Shown: in pieces, positions 13,888-26,075 of the stretch
Layout: every line of letters begins with the position of its first letter
Numbering within the stretch: position 1 is the first letter of the stretch
DNA from: Rhynchobatus australiae
Taxonomy: Eukaryota
Direction: 5' to 3'
Assembly: GCA_034780895.1 (NCBI GenBank)
Contig: JAUZTB010000048.1
Location: 13,882,083 to 13,946,082, forward strand
Length of the DNA: 64,000 nt
Program-made: the position numbers and the translations under genes
The notes under the pieces: generated by a model
What the model was told of the DNA's origin: nothing
Databases searched by the model: none
The model's input: only the letters and a program-made list of their open reading frames with translations

Positions 13888-14127
13888 AAAAACTGCAAAT
13901 GATGGAAATATGAAACAAAGACAGCAAATGCTGATGATACTCAGTAGGTCAGGCAACACCAGTGAAGATGGAAACAGCATTAACATTTCAGGTCAATGAC
14001 CTTTCATCAGAACTTGGAAAATGAAAAATCCTCTGATGATAGATTATCAACCTGACAGTCTGTTCCTCTGTCCTGAGATGAAACCTTATCCACTGGATAT
14101 CGCTATCATCATTTATTTTTATTTCAC
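13888..14127. mobile_element. Inverted pair of Penelope-like hammerhead/tail modules (about 19-nt spacer)
   Basis: Minus arm 13888-14012 and degenerate plus arm 14032-14127 (tctgatga...cctga...gatg...tttttatttca). Confidence 0.75.
13978..14013 (-). ncRNA. minimal type-I hammerhead ribozyme motif
   Basis: Minus strand GTT-CTGATGA-A-AGGTCA-T-TGACCT-GAAA-TG-TT-AAT: intact core, complementary stem II, stem I GTT/AAT. Confidence 0.75.
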
Positions 14128-15536
14128 ACATTCATGTCTGCCCTGATTGTTACTTTGTAGAAACTCAAGTTTCTCTCTTAAAATGTGACCAATATATTTA
14201 ATCCATGGTCTTAATTTAAGTCCTACCACCCAGTTTCCCAAGTCACTCTCTTCCAGGAAGCAATCACCTTACTGGCAGCAAAAACATGACAAAATCAACT
14301 CATGAGGTTACCCTCCTGAAGCCTTGTGATAGAACAGGAACATCTGGGTCTATGAAGGAATTGGACATGAGCTGGATGTTATACCCCAGCTGTAGATAAG
14401 CTAACTTTTCACAAAGGCTCACCATAACTTCTATGATTTGTAGTCTATTTTTGAAGCCATGGATTCCATAAGTCTGCTAACCACCTTCTCAACCTGCCCA
14501 ACCACACTCAAAGATTTATGCAAACACACACTAGTCTTTCTGTCCTTGCAACTTCTCAAGAATTCGACAGTTAATGTTAGATTGCCTCTCCATGTTCTTT
14601 CCTGAAATGTATCACAACAGACTTTTCTCCACTAAACTTCTTCTGGAATATGTCTACATATATTGTTGTTACCCAGATAGCCAAACAAGCGCCGTAGTTT
14701 TGGCAGTTATCCTTGCTGCCTCATTCAGATGAGCAGTTTACAACTGTTATCATTTGTTTCCAGGTTACTTAAGTAAACTGTTGATTTTAACTGCAACCCA
14801 TCCAATATATGCTGAAAAGGTAGAATTAATGTTGAATGTCTCTGTTAAAAATGTATCCTCTAGTAAGGTATACATGAGAGCTAAGAACAATGTGTACAGT
14901 GCACTTCAGAATGGTTCAGGGCACATATTTGTGTGCATGTATGCAAACATAAGAGAAAATGCTCCCACAATGATTTGCTCAATGCTCCAAACCAACTCAT
15001 TAAAAATTAGAAAGAGGAAGTAAGTGCAGCAAACCTTCATCAGTCCATAAAAATTGTCTAGAGCATTCCTCTAAAATACTCTACACTTTGGTTAATTGTT
15101 CCACCTCAAGCAGAAAGCATATAAGGAAGTAGATTCAAAAAGGTTGGTCCTTTTTTATTCTATTCGGGAGACTCTGTTCCTCGATGATTTCTTTTATAAA
15201 AAGATATTGATTTTGAATATATCTCTGTTACTTCCAGATAGAGTACAAAAGCAATGAGTTGAGCTCTGGTTTAGACATTCATTCCTCATATGCACTGGAC
15301 ATCCCAATACTTCAGTATGTCAAGAGAAATGGTCTCTAGACCTCAGGCTCAATTTTTAAAGTTTACAGAAAACTATTACTTCAGCTATATGCATTTTGCA
15401 ATGTATATGTAAATCATCACTGTGAATTCAGTAATAAAAATATAAAATGCCAGAAATATACCAGGATGCAATAAGGATTTGCAGCAACAGTAAAATAACA
15501 ATGTAAAGAGCATTCCTTTCAACAGTCATTTGATCT

Positions 15537-15631
15537 TAGTTACCTGTGCATTGCACTGCCCTTCTGAAATTCAGTTCCACTGAAATCAATAAACCCAAAT
15601 TTCAGAAGCGGAGTTCAACACACTGCAACTA
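15537..15631. repeat. degenerate palindromic hairpin (MITE-like)
   Basis: cttctgaaatt (15561-15571) and aatttcagaag (15598-15608) are perfect inverted arms with degenerate outer arms; loop contains ccactgaaatcaat. Confidence 0.55.
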
Positions 15632-18600
15632 TTTTATCAGCTGCTAAGCACTTGTGGTCAAGGACAAAAGTCTATCCTCACAGTCTTTTTACCTTGCATT
15701 TCTACATTAATCAGAGGTTTAATTTGACAAAGCTGATACATTGCTGTAAAAGTCCAAAAGACTGTCTTTATCTCCTGATGATTCTGTAAGAAAATTTAAA
15801 CAGTACAGATTACAAAATAAATAATTGAATACAGATGAAAATAAATTTAAACTCCAGCAATTGCCAACTAAACTAAAGTGCTGCTGTATTACATCACAGC
15901 AGAATCCTGAAGGGGTTAAAATAATAAACAGATATTTTTTTTCATTTGTGCATCGATGCTGCAGGTCAAAATGTACACGTCCTGACTATTTCTGCCACTG
16001 CACACTGTGACAGCATCAACAATTCCCAGGTCTGTTGTAGCACGAATCAGATGCAAAGAGGAGCATCCCTGCATTACCTTGACAGAGCTTGGTCCTCAGC
16101 CTCAAAGCAGTACCCTACTGCCGCAGTGTGCATGTTCCATTCCCCGCACTGTCTGTCCTTATGGCCTTCCCACATGAGATTGCTGAATTAGCACTTTCAG
16201 CAGCATTCCATCCTAATTAAAGTATAGACCATTATAACAGTTTGAAAGTAAATAATTAGTGAAATTCCGCAGTGTCATTCTTACTGTGGAAGCTGCTTCA
16301 GTCCGAATGCTGTTTCTGCAGCATTTTCTTGCACTCATTACCTTTTAGAGCAAAGCAGAATAAGGGTCAGGGCATATCTGGCATCTTCATCCTTGCCAAG
16401 GGGTATTTACTAACACTAGGCTACCCTTGTAGGATTATGTTGCAAGCCATCTGATTTGTGTCATGGCTTTCAAGCCAAATTATGAATATTAATTATTTAG
16501 ATATGTGCTTCACTGCATTATTTTTTAATTATCCTTTCAAAACTAATGAATGCCCATTCTCAAGTTAAGTGCCTTGAGGGCACTGAGTACAAATAGATTT
16601 TATTAAAAAAAATATTCTGTTTTATTTTATGCATTTTGATGGTGCCAAAGGTACTAAATTTCCGGTAGCTTTGTGCTTTGGTTTCCTGTCTGGAGTCCTG
16701 AAAGAGATGCATCTTTTCCTTTATCTTTTCATGTGGTTTCCTTGTATAGTCTAATGTTTTAATTATTAAGTAAAAATGGGTGGCTATGAAAAAATGCCCA
16801 ACAATATTACCTTTTGCATTGACAAGTCAGAATAACATTAAAGTTGCAGCTTTGCTTTCTCAAACTTCTGAAAACAATTTGCTGATGATGTTATCGAGGC
16901 AATTGGAAGAATGTTTGCAATATTTGTTTTAGTGTTTCTGCCCCTATGAGTTATTTCTTGTAGATGCAGATAATGACATTATAAATCTTACTCTCAGGCA
17001 ATTACTAAATGCTGGCACAGCCTATTCCCCACTGGGTGATAGTTTCAGCCTGTCTACATATTACAGCTACACTTGCCTTGGTCATTAAGAACTAATCTTG
17101 GATTTATGGCAAGTCCTTAAAGTTCACAGCACTTTAATAATAAAAAGCAAAAAAGAAATAGCGGGCAGGTGGTTACAATAGGATGTAACAATGAGCATCA
17201 TTTCTGGTTCCAGTGGGACAGACTGTAATATGTTTAGAAAATTGTTGCACATGAATCTAAAGACCCATTTACAAAGACATCAAGAGTAAATTTGGATTGA
17301 CTTTAGCCAAATTATCTGACTTTAGTTCAGATGCTTCTGCCGTTTCTTTGGAAGGTGGGCTGACCCATGGGGAGCTTAACTCTAATCTAACAGGATGACA
17401 CAAGTGCAGAACACATGCATCACTGTAACCCACACCGTGCATGCAAGCAGAGTGCATTTTGAGATATGCTGGCTCGTTCCTGTTTTCTGCTGTCTGCCTG
17501 GTTGCACAGGGCAAATCTGGAAATAACCAGAGTGAGCTTTAATATGACTTTTCTCATAAAGCACATTTCATTCAGCCTGAATCCAAATTAGCCTGGGATA
17601 CATCATTCCGATACTGCAGTTTAACGTAAATGATTCATTTTGATTTAATCTAAATAAAATCTGTCTCTGGAAATGATCCTGAAAGGAATGCTCTAAGCCT
17701 GTCATCCAAAGGATATGTGTCAGCAGATATTGATGCAAAAGATTAAGAATGCACAGAAGGAGAACAGAGCTGCAAATTGCTTGATACCAGTGCTAAAAGT
17801 TGTTTGCCTTGAGATGCTTCTTGAATGTATACGTGGCATGAATACTTAAATGTTGGAAATCAGATTCTTGACCTGCCTTTTGCATACCAATCATATTAAA
17901 CTATTTGTTANNNNNNNNNNNNNNNNNNNNNNNNNNNNNNNNNNNNNNNNNNNNNNNNNNNNNNNNNNNNNNNNNNNNNNNNNAGAGAGTACTAAGAATC
18001 AAACTCTTTATTGGTTTGATCAACTCTCTTGAGTGCAAGTCTTTTGTTATGCTTTCCTGAGTGTTCAGAAGCATACCAAAACTCAGCAACGATACTGTAT
18101 TCATTTGCAAGCATCCTACCATGAAATCAATAGAATGTTTTGTCAGATAATGATTTTTGAAGGAATAGCAACAATGATATTCTCAGGTAACAAAATGGCT
18201 GGACTCTCAGTTGTTCCTCCAACTGTAAGCATTGAATGAACTAAAATGAATATCTGAAGCAGCAACAATCTCCAAGTTTCTCCATATTCCTGATTGATTG
18301 TTAAATAAAGCCAGTGTACTTCTGTTCAAGAGATCTTTGAAGGACTAGTTCACATCATGTGGCCTGTGATGACATGGTATCATGCGGTCTATGATGACAC
18401 TCCTATTGAGTGTGTCTATTGGTTAGAAAGTGTATGTACATAGAAACTGACATTCAATTTATCATCAACAATTTATTGCCTGTCAGCAAGAATTTACCAC
18501 TTAGAAACTGATTACATAGGAAATCAAAGCATACAACAGAAATAAGGGACCTGCTGCAAACTTTGAAGTAATGTGTGTCTTATTTTCAACACTTTATTAA

Positions 18601-18883
18601 TTTTAGTAATGAAATAAACATAACCAAAAGGGTATTGCAATGCCAGGAAAAAGATAGAACAGACAAAAATGTGCTTAACATTGTTCAATGTTCCTATTCT
18701 TCAAAAATAGGAATAAAATAATGTCAGCAAAAATACACAATAAGAGAAAATATTAGACAGTATTTTAATGTGGGGCAGTATGTTGGTTAAAATGAAAGTG
18801 AAAATAGTGAAAAATACATGTCACTCCATAATATGCAGTTGGTTAACACCCACCAGAAAAAAATTATACTGATGGATATTCTA

Positions 18884-19200
18884 TTCCCAAGAAGCCAATG
18901 TGATGCTTTCACCCTGGGACAGTCCAAGCTTCCCAACTTCTTTAGAACCATAAACATGCTCAAAGGGTAGTCTTTGGTGATGAATTATGTTGCCTTCAAA
19001 CTTGGCCGATGACATCAGCAAGCTACCCAGGCAATGAAGCCAAAGTGAGGTACAACAACAGTCATATGGAAACCAGATGCAACATTGAACAACCCATTAT
19101 CATACTCAGGATGCACGTCAGCTGTCTGGATAGAACTGGAAGTATTCTTCAGTAAGCCAAGTTTACAGTACATGGTACTCTGCACAATATTGAACAACAT
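18884..19200 (+). mobile_element. Harbinger/PIF DDE transposase relic (catalytic C-terminal half)
   Basis: FPRSQCDAFTLGQS, frameshift, then FGDELCCLQTWPMTSASYPGNEAKVRYNNSHMETRCNIEQPIIILRMHVSCLDRTGSILQ*...TLHNI; matches the HARBI1/DDE_Tnp_4 pattern GD.GY.L..WLMTP...YN..H..TR..IEQ..G.LK.RF.CLD.SG. Confidence 0.85.
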
Positions 19201-19949
19201 CTCATCATTAGCCAGTTACATTGCCATCTGGAATGCAAGGATTATGTCACTGCTGTAAGCGTCAGTTAACTGCCACAATTGGACTTATATAACAATGTGT
19301 GTTAGCTGCATTTCACATCAAGTTCTGGAGAGCAGCTGAATGTAGAAGTGTGGTGAATTGCAAGGTCACTGTTGAGGTGTTCGTCATTATACAATGGACT
19401 CTAGTTATCAGTTACATGGAAGGCAGCAGCTATAAAAGCTGAGTTTCCATTTTCTTTAGCTTCATCTGAACATACCCAAACTGCCTCCGGCAAGCTGTGA
19501 ATAAATTACGCTTGTTTCCTTGTGCAGTCACACACAAGGACCAGTGTGAATTTCACTTGTCATTCATCTGCTCTGAGTAATACAAGATCATACGGTGATG
19601 AACATTTATAGTGCATCGTCACTTCAATGGATACTCAGATTACTTCTTACACATAACTCCCTCTTTTACGAAGAGGAATAGAAGAATCCATTGGCTGCTC
19701 TGTCCCAATAATTTGAGAGGATCCTCCATGCTCTCTTTGCTTTCATTGACCCTAAACAACAAATAAGGCATTGAAGTGTCAAAGAGAAAACAATCATGCA
19801 AAGTACTTGTTCATTTCTGGACTGGTGAAATTGTATTCCAGATTGAACAATGTCTAAACAAATACATTTAAATAAGCATAATAACAATCTGAATGTTCTC
19901 ATGAAACTTCTTACATTCATGTCATCAACCCATAAGCTAATGAGGTAGA

Positions 19950-20267
19950 GGAGCATAATGGTTAAATTACTAAGCTACGACTCAAGGATCTGGTCCATTA
20001 ATTTAGAGATATGAGTTCAAAACCTATCAGAGCAGCTGTGGAATTTAAAATTTTAAGTAAATATGGAATAAGAAGCTGGAATCAGTGGTGATAACTACGA
20101 TACCCTGGATTGCTGGAAAGGCCCATCAGGTGTCTGACTTTCTTCATGAAAGGACACCTGCCAATTTATACCATTTAGCCTACGTGTGACTCTTAAATGT
20201 CTTCTCAATTTGAGAGGAATTTGGATGGAAATTAAATGATGGCCTCGTCATCAAAGTCCCCATTCCC
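19950..20267 (+). mobile_element. tRNA-derived SINE (elasmobranch type)
   Basis: B-box-like gagttcaaa at about 20013; colinear with copies at 24930-25285 and 55596-55880. Confidence 0.7.
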
Positions 20268-20464
20268 TTTCTGATCACCTTGAACGACTGCTCTCTCTCA
20301 CAAAGGGATAAAGCAGATATCTGCAATAGATGTCCACTATTAATTCTTGCTCTTCAAGGGCTTGGTTCAGCTGCTTCACACCACCATGTGTGTCTACATT
20401 CTGGGTTAGCCAACTTTGGGCATTGACCAAAAAGTGAAGGGAGGGAAAAACTCACAATCTGAGA

Positions 20465-21102
20465 GCTATGGTTCTTTCAGACTTGCCAGAGTCACTGGAT
20501 CACAGAGGGGGATCAGTGGCCCATTGGATATTGATCTCCTGTGATTCATTTTGTACACCAAACAAAACAGCTTCCAGAATTGTGCAAAACCAAATCACGT
20601 CTGATATTATGGCTATGTGCTTCCTGAGGCCTTTTGTGTTCCCTCAGAGGTCATATCTCTGTTCTTAACTGAACAGCAGTCTAAACACAAGTGGTATCTC
20701 TCTGTTCTCGCAAGACTGCAGTCCTTCCAGAGTTAAATGTAGCAGAGCTCCAATGGGTCCAGATTAAGATTCAATGTAGACACAATCATTTCAAATGACC
20801 TCTGCCAATGCCTCTGCAGAGACCAAAATATGAACTTCCAGCTGCTGTAGCACAGAGGTGTCACTGAATCGCAGCACAGAAGTGAGTGCCACCTTCAGAG
20901 GGGAAAGAGGTGATCTACAGGTGCCATGCAATCTCCTGGGTGAGATAGTGAAGCAACTTCTCCTTGCCATTCGGTTAAACATGCAGGACAATATAACATC
21001 CACCTCAGAATGTATCCACTCAAACGTTTTTATGAACACATCCCTTTTATAGTCCTCATCCAGGAACTCTAGGACAAGACTGGCACTTGATGTGTTTAGC
21101 AC
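20465..21102 (-). mobile_element. Harbinger transposase relic
   Basis: ORF 20791-21102 RSPLSPLKVALTSVLRFSDTSVLQQ (HARBI1-like HTH); downstream RK..H.NI, GDQYP and PL.DPVT motifs. Confidence 0.55.
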
Positions 21103-21839
21103 ACAAAATTCACCTCACTCGCTGCCAGGTGGCCCTCTAACATCTTCTTCCACCTGCGGACTCTGACCTGGTGTTTATCAGCATGACACAATGATGCACT
21201 TCGTCCTCCACTGCATCCTCTTCCTCCTCCTTCCACTCTCCTTCCTCCCACTGCTCCACCTCCCCCTGCTCTGCTCCAACCTGAGCTTGGCCTCAGGTAA
21301 ATGCTGTGGGTGTGTCTCTGGAAAGCCTGCAATAAAAAAAAGCATAAGTATCCCGTGGCTATGCTGTGTCTGAGGACCTTTGGAAAACAATGCCAGTGCA
21401 CGTACATTTACATGTAGATGAAATAGTCAATTCAACAAAGGTTGGAGAAATGTTGAGGAAACACAGGTATGTACTTCCCTTCCAGATTAATGGCTTTCTC
21501 CACTACACCCTCAGCATTGGCCTCATAATATCATAAGGAGGCGACTTTGGTCAGCCTCATACTGGAGCCATTCACTGCCTGTAGATTTTTCTTATGGTCT
21601 GAAGGACAAACGATAAGACTTTTTTGAATGTTGTAATGGGGTAGCTGCTGGTATCTGCCTGTGTGTGACCACCTGCCTGCATGTGAAGATGTGTCCGGGT
21701 GCCGACCTGCACATGAAGGTGTCTATCTACATCTGTCTGAGTGTGGTTGAGTGTGTGTAACTTTCTGCCTGTGTGTTTCTGACTGTTGTGACAAAAGGCA
21801 GGATATTTGGAGAGCATGCTGAAGTGTCAGAGCTGTCAC

Positions 21840-21975
21840 CTGATGTATCTTATGAGGATATTGTACTTTTCTGATACTACACCACAAAATTTCTCCCTTC
21901 TGAGGACTCTCAACAGGATCTCAAAGTCACACTACGAAAGCTTAGAGGTGTGCTCCCTTCTCTCTCCAGCCTCTC
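21840..21975 (-). mobile_element. Myb/SANT-like ORF relic of a Harbinger element
   Basis: EAGERREHTSKLS*CDFEILLRVLRR (for R.RAP.FS..DLE.LL..V) and KYNILIRYI (for KKFNDL.R), followed by donor-like CAG/GTGACA. Confidence 0.5.
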
Positions 21976-22991
21976 ACCGAATGGCAGCCAGTACAACAGT
22001 TGCAATGGTAGTGTGCCACCTTGAAGGTAGTCACTTCAGGCCCAGAAGCTTGATATGCTTATAGTAGCAGAAAGTTCAAGCCTGAAGTATTGGGAAAATT
22101 GCAGCTTCCTTTATGTGGAAATATTATCTTGTGAAAATGTGCCTATGCTATTTCACTAGGATTGTGATCTGAAATTACAATCCAGGTGCATTGGATAAAT
22201 CTGGATGAAGACAAGACATGCAATGTTATCTGGTAGCTTCAAACTGGGTTTAGTGGATTTCCAGGCTTTAACACATTGTTGATCTTTCATGAGTCACCAA
22301 GTCTATGAAGCTACATTGAAGCATTCAGTGACAAATTGAGAGGGCCATCCTGCTCTGCTGAAAATCTGATTGCATCTCATTTTTACATCCGACATATCCA
22401 CATCCCTTCGTAGAAGTAAACATCTCTTAATTATAAGTCAACCAATCTCTGCATTAACTGCATGCTCCACAGTTGCATTATTGATCCTTTCGATATTTGT
22501 ACCAGTTTGATGGCTCATTAGAAGCTTAAGAAGCATTACAACTGTGTTGTGGTTGACTGCAAACTTTCCATTACCATTGACAAATTACATTCTGGTGAGG
22601 TGCTCATTTCAAAACCATGTGTTTCTTTTTGCAGGTCAAAATTAATATAAAATGTAAGCATTCATCCGTTATCTTTAACATAAAATGCCGATAATATGGT
22701 CCTTTATCCTCTGAATGCCATTTTCTCAGTTTCGAAAGAACTAAATTAAAATATCTTCAAGGAAGCCTTGTTCCCACTTTCTTATACAAGAGTATAATAT
22801 AATGGTGCATTTCTGTCGTACTTTTTAATGTTTCTAACCTGTCTCCTATTGATGATAGCCCTGGATGTTCTCAGGTATTGCCATTGTGTTATATAGTCCC
22901 ACACTCTTCCTGTCTAAACCAGTTAACAACATATATATAGGACAAAATCAGTTAAAAAGAGTCTTGCATACACTTCCACAGTGTGTACTAA

Positions 22992-23097
22992 CAGTCACAA
23001 ACAATCTACTGGAGGAGCTCAGCTGGCCGAACAGCTGAGCTGTGAGGGGAAAAGAATTGTTGACGTTTTTTGAGACAAGACCCTGCATTAGGACTAC
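22992..23097 (-). mobile_element. Penelope-like tail with decayed hammerhead
   Basis: ctggaggagctcagctggcc...gttgacgtttt..gagacaagaccctgcattaggact. Confidence 0.7.
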
Positions 23098-23864
23098 TAA
23101 AAGTAATTAGCTTTCCTTAAATAAGTATTTGATAAATAAAAGTTTCTATGAAAGGATCAGCTATTAAAAGTTCCAAAGCATTTTCTAAAGCTGCTCGAGT
23201 AAGTAGCTGATTATATTTTAGGGTATGCTTCTCCCAACTGAATGCCTTCTCTTCCCAAAATTACAAAGACTGATAGGTTTGTGTTCTGAATGGGATGGAG
23301 TCATGTTCTGCCTCACATTTGAAATTACAGTGTATAAAAAATAGGAACTGAGAAATAATTAAGGTCTTTTGAAATCTGCCATCACATTTGAGATCTCTGC
23401 ATCAATATGTGAACCCTGTTGGGTTAACTGTCTAAGCCATGCTACATTAACCTCAAGAAGGAGTATTGTCATTGTATCCTGTCCTGTGCAATATTCAACA
23501 GTCTCTCTGTGCTTGGGTCCTGAATTTCTGCAGAACATCATGCAGATTGATGACTGTCAAGTAATCATTTAAACCTTTTTCAATGTGATGAGCTAATATC
23601 ATTGGAGATATGAAAACCACCAATAGTTCTCAAAGAGTTCAATGTGTCACCTAACCACAAAATAATTCCTGATAATGTAAGCATTAGCTAGAAGGCAGGT
23701 TGACAGAATTTGTCTTTGATAATTTGAAAACCTTGCCAAAGCTCCCAGGGTGACTTTACATGCAAGATCCTGTTGCATAGTGCAACTGGCATTACAAGAT
23801 GACAGCATATGGGGATAACTTGAAGGGGATATGAAAGTTTAGTGTTAGTGCAACAACAAGAGTA

Positions 23865-24275
23865 GTTTCCATTTATACAGCAACTTTAGTGCAGTGAAAA
23901 TATCCCAAGGCTGGTACAGGGATTCTCTCAACTAAAAATTGACACTGAACCACGAAAGAAGATATCCATATAGATGACCAAAGGCTCGATCTCTATTTGG
24001 AAGTGCGGCAGAATGGAAGAAAATGGTGGAGAGGCTTAAGGAAGGAATTCTGGAGCTTAGACTTTGGCAGCTGAAGGTACAACCACCACTGTAAAACTGG
24101 AGATGAGCAAAAGGCCAGAATTAGAGAAGTGGGATATCTCAGAAGGTTAAAGGGCGAGAGGACATTATAGAAATAGGGGACGACCATGGATGGATTTGAA
24201 ACCAAGAAAGAGAATTTTAAAATCTAGAGCCAATGCAGGTCAAGAAACACAGGAGTAATGGGCAAGAGGGAGAGT
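23865..24275 (-). mobile_element. L2-type LINE 3' end
   Basis: atttatacagc..., aaatttgacactgaaccac, ggaaggaattctggagcttag...ggcagctgaagg resemble the elasmobranch L2 3' region as I recall it. Confidence 0.6.
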
Positions 24276-24929
24276 GCCCATGGTTTTAAAAACCAGCTGA
24301 ATCTAAAACCTGCTGCATTAACTAAGAAAGGAAATCAAGTTTCTTGTGTGGCAGATTTGGACAGTCAGAATGCTGCTATACTGAGCCCTGAAGATTCACT
24401 GACCCTTCAGCTGAAAGATGCTGCAGCAAGTGCAGCAAAAGGCTGATACAATGTACCACTTGCAGAGGCAAAAAATGAGGTGTGCTTGAGAGGAGGTACA
24501 CAGGATAATGTCAGAATATTACGGACTGGGCCAGTCGATAGGCATAGAACTTTATGTTCCTTAGCTGTACTATGGTCACTTTCACTCTCACCTTATGCTA
24601 TATGGAAGTGTATTGAATATACAGCATAGGGACAGGCAATACAACTCAACTAGTTCAGGCTGGCAATCATGAGCCAAGTAGTCACCTCTCATTCCATCTA
24701 ATCCCCTTGGCTTTTTAGTGTACCTTTCTTCTCATGCACTCACCATGCCTACTTTTGAACTCTCAGTTTCTACGACCTCTTGTCATCAGGTTTCACGTTC
24801 GAACTACTTTCTGGAAAAGTACACTTCTTATTTTTTCCATAGGATATATTAGCATTGTTTCGCATTCATGGTCCCAAGTTTTGGATTCATCTAAAGTGAC
24901 AACATTCTCTTCCTTTCTCTGCTGATAGC

Positions 24930-25285
24930 ATTGTGGTTAAATTAATGAACAAACATCCAGAGTCCTTATCCCAAATGGAGGCATTGATTCAGATATGTGA
25001 GTTGACATTCCATCATTGCTATTGGAGAATTTCAATTCATGGATTAAATAAATCTGGGAACTATTTTTAGGAAGGATATTTTCTGCCGTGGTAATCATGA
25101 AATTACCAAAATCTACCTGGTTTGCTAATGCCCTGCAGGGAAGGTAATCTGTCATCCTTACCTGGTCTGGCCTCTACATGACTCCAGCCTTAGCAATGTG
25201 TTTTACTTTTAATTGCTTCCTTACTTCAGGGGCAAGTAGGAATGGGCATTACCAGTGATGGTCACATCCTGTGAGCAAATAAAAA
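24930..25285 (+). mobile_element. tRNA-derived SINE (same family as 19950-20267)
   Basis: taaataaatctgg...ggaaggtaatctgtcatccttacctggtctggcctctacatgactccag...ggcaagtaggaatgggc...cacatcctgtgagcaaataaaa. Confidence 0.75.
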
Positions 25286-25359
25286 TATATCTTTAAGAAA
25301 CTTTATCAATTTTCCTTTAAAATGTCACTTTTCTAAAGAGAAATACTCCATAATATATC

Positions 25360-26075
25360 ATATGGAATCAAAAAATAGTTACAGCACAGAGGGAAGTGTA
25401 CTGAGCCAATACCAGCTCCAAGCAAGAGCAATGCAACTGGTCCCATTCCCCTGCTCTCTCCCCATAACCCTTCAAAGTCATTCCTTTCAGATATTTATCC
25501 ATCTCCCTTTTGAATGCTATGATTGCATGTGGCTCCACTACAACTACAACCCCTGCATTCAAGATCACCCACAGTATAAAAAAACTCATCCTTCAGCCAA
25601 TCAGCACAACTTCTCCAACTCTACTCTGTCCAGACCATTCATGATTTCAAACACCTCCATTAGATCTCCTGGCAACCTGCTCTCTCTCCAGTAACAGAAT
25701 TGCTCGCTTCTGTTACGTGCCTCGTGAATTTTACTTGCACGTTGTCCATTGCTTCTACTTCCTGTCTATCATACATAAATCAGAACTGTGAACAGTTCTC
25801 CAAGTATGGCAATAACCAGGTGCCCNNNNNNNNNNNNNACTTCACTGCTTTCGAATTATATGTCTTTGATAATAAATCCAGAGCTTTGTTAGGATTTTTA
25901 ATTGCTTTTTGACCCATGTTGCTTCTAATGGTTTGTTTACCTTTATCCCTGGATGCAGATGTTTTTTTTTCTACTCCAATCAAATTTAGGTGCTGGCAAT
26001 GCTTCTGCTTTTCCACTATGAGTGCATCACCTCACATTTATCTGCATTGAAGTTCATTTGCCACTTGACTGCTCA
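25360..26075 (-). mobile_element. CR1 LINE 3' portion, degenerate
   Basis: Minus strand AFKREMDKYLKG..LKGYGERAGEW (CR1 3' end) and WQMNFNADKCEVMH at about 26020-26065. Confidence 0.8.

Larger units (their letters stand above)
13480..14430 (+). mobile_element. Harbinger transposase relic interrupted by Penelope tails
   Basis: QCFKRLYFPREAITEL*QLE at about 13494-13555 (for QC.RRLRF.KE...ELC.LL); HEVT..VIEQ and an LHN-like motif at about 14300-14430. Confidence 0.5.

Noticed and set aside
19950-20030. tRNA gene
   Set aside because: It is the degenerate head of a SINE; no cloverleaf
22625-22660. 19-nt micro-exon (tgcag...gtaagc)
   Set aside because: AT-rich, not a multiple of three and without partner exons; likely chance
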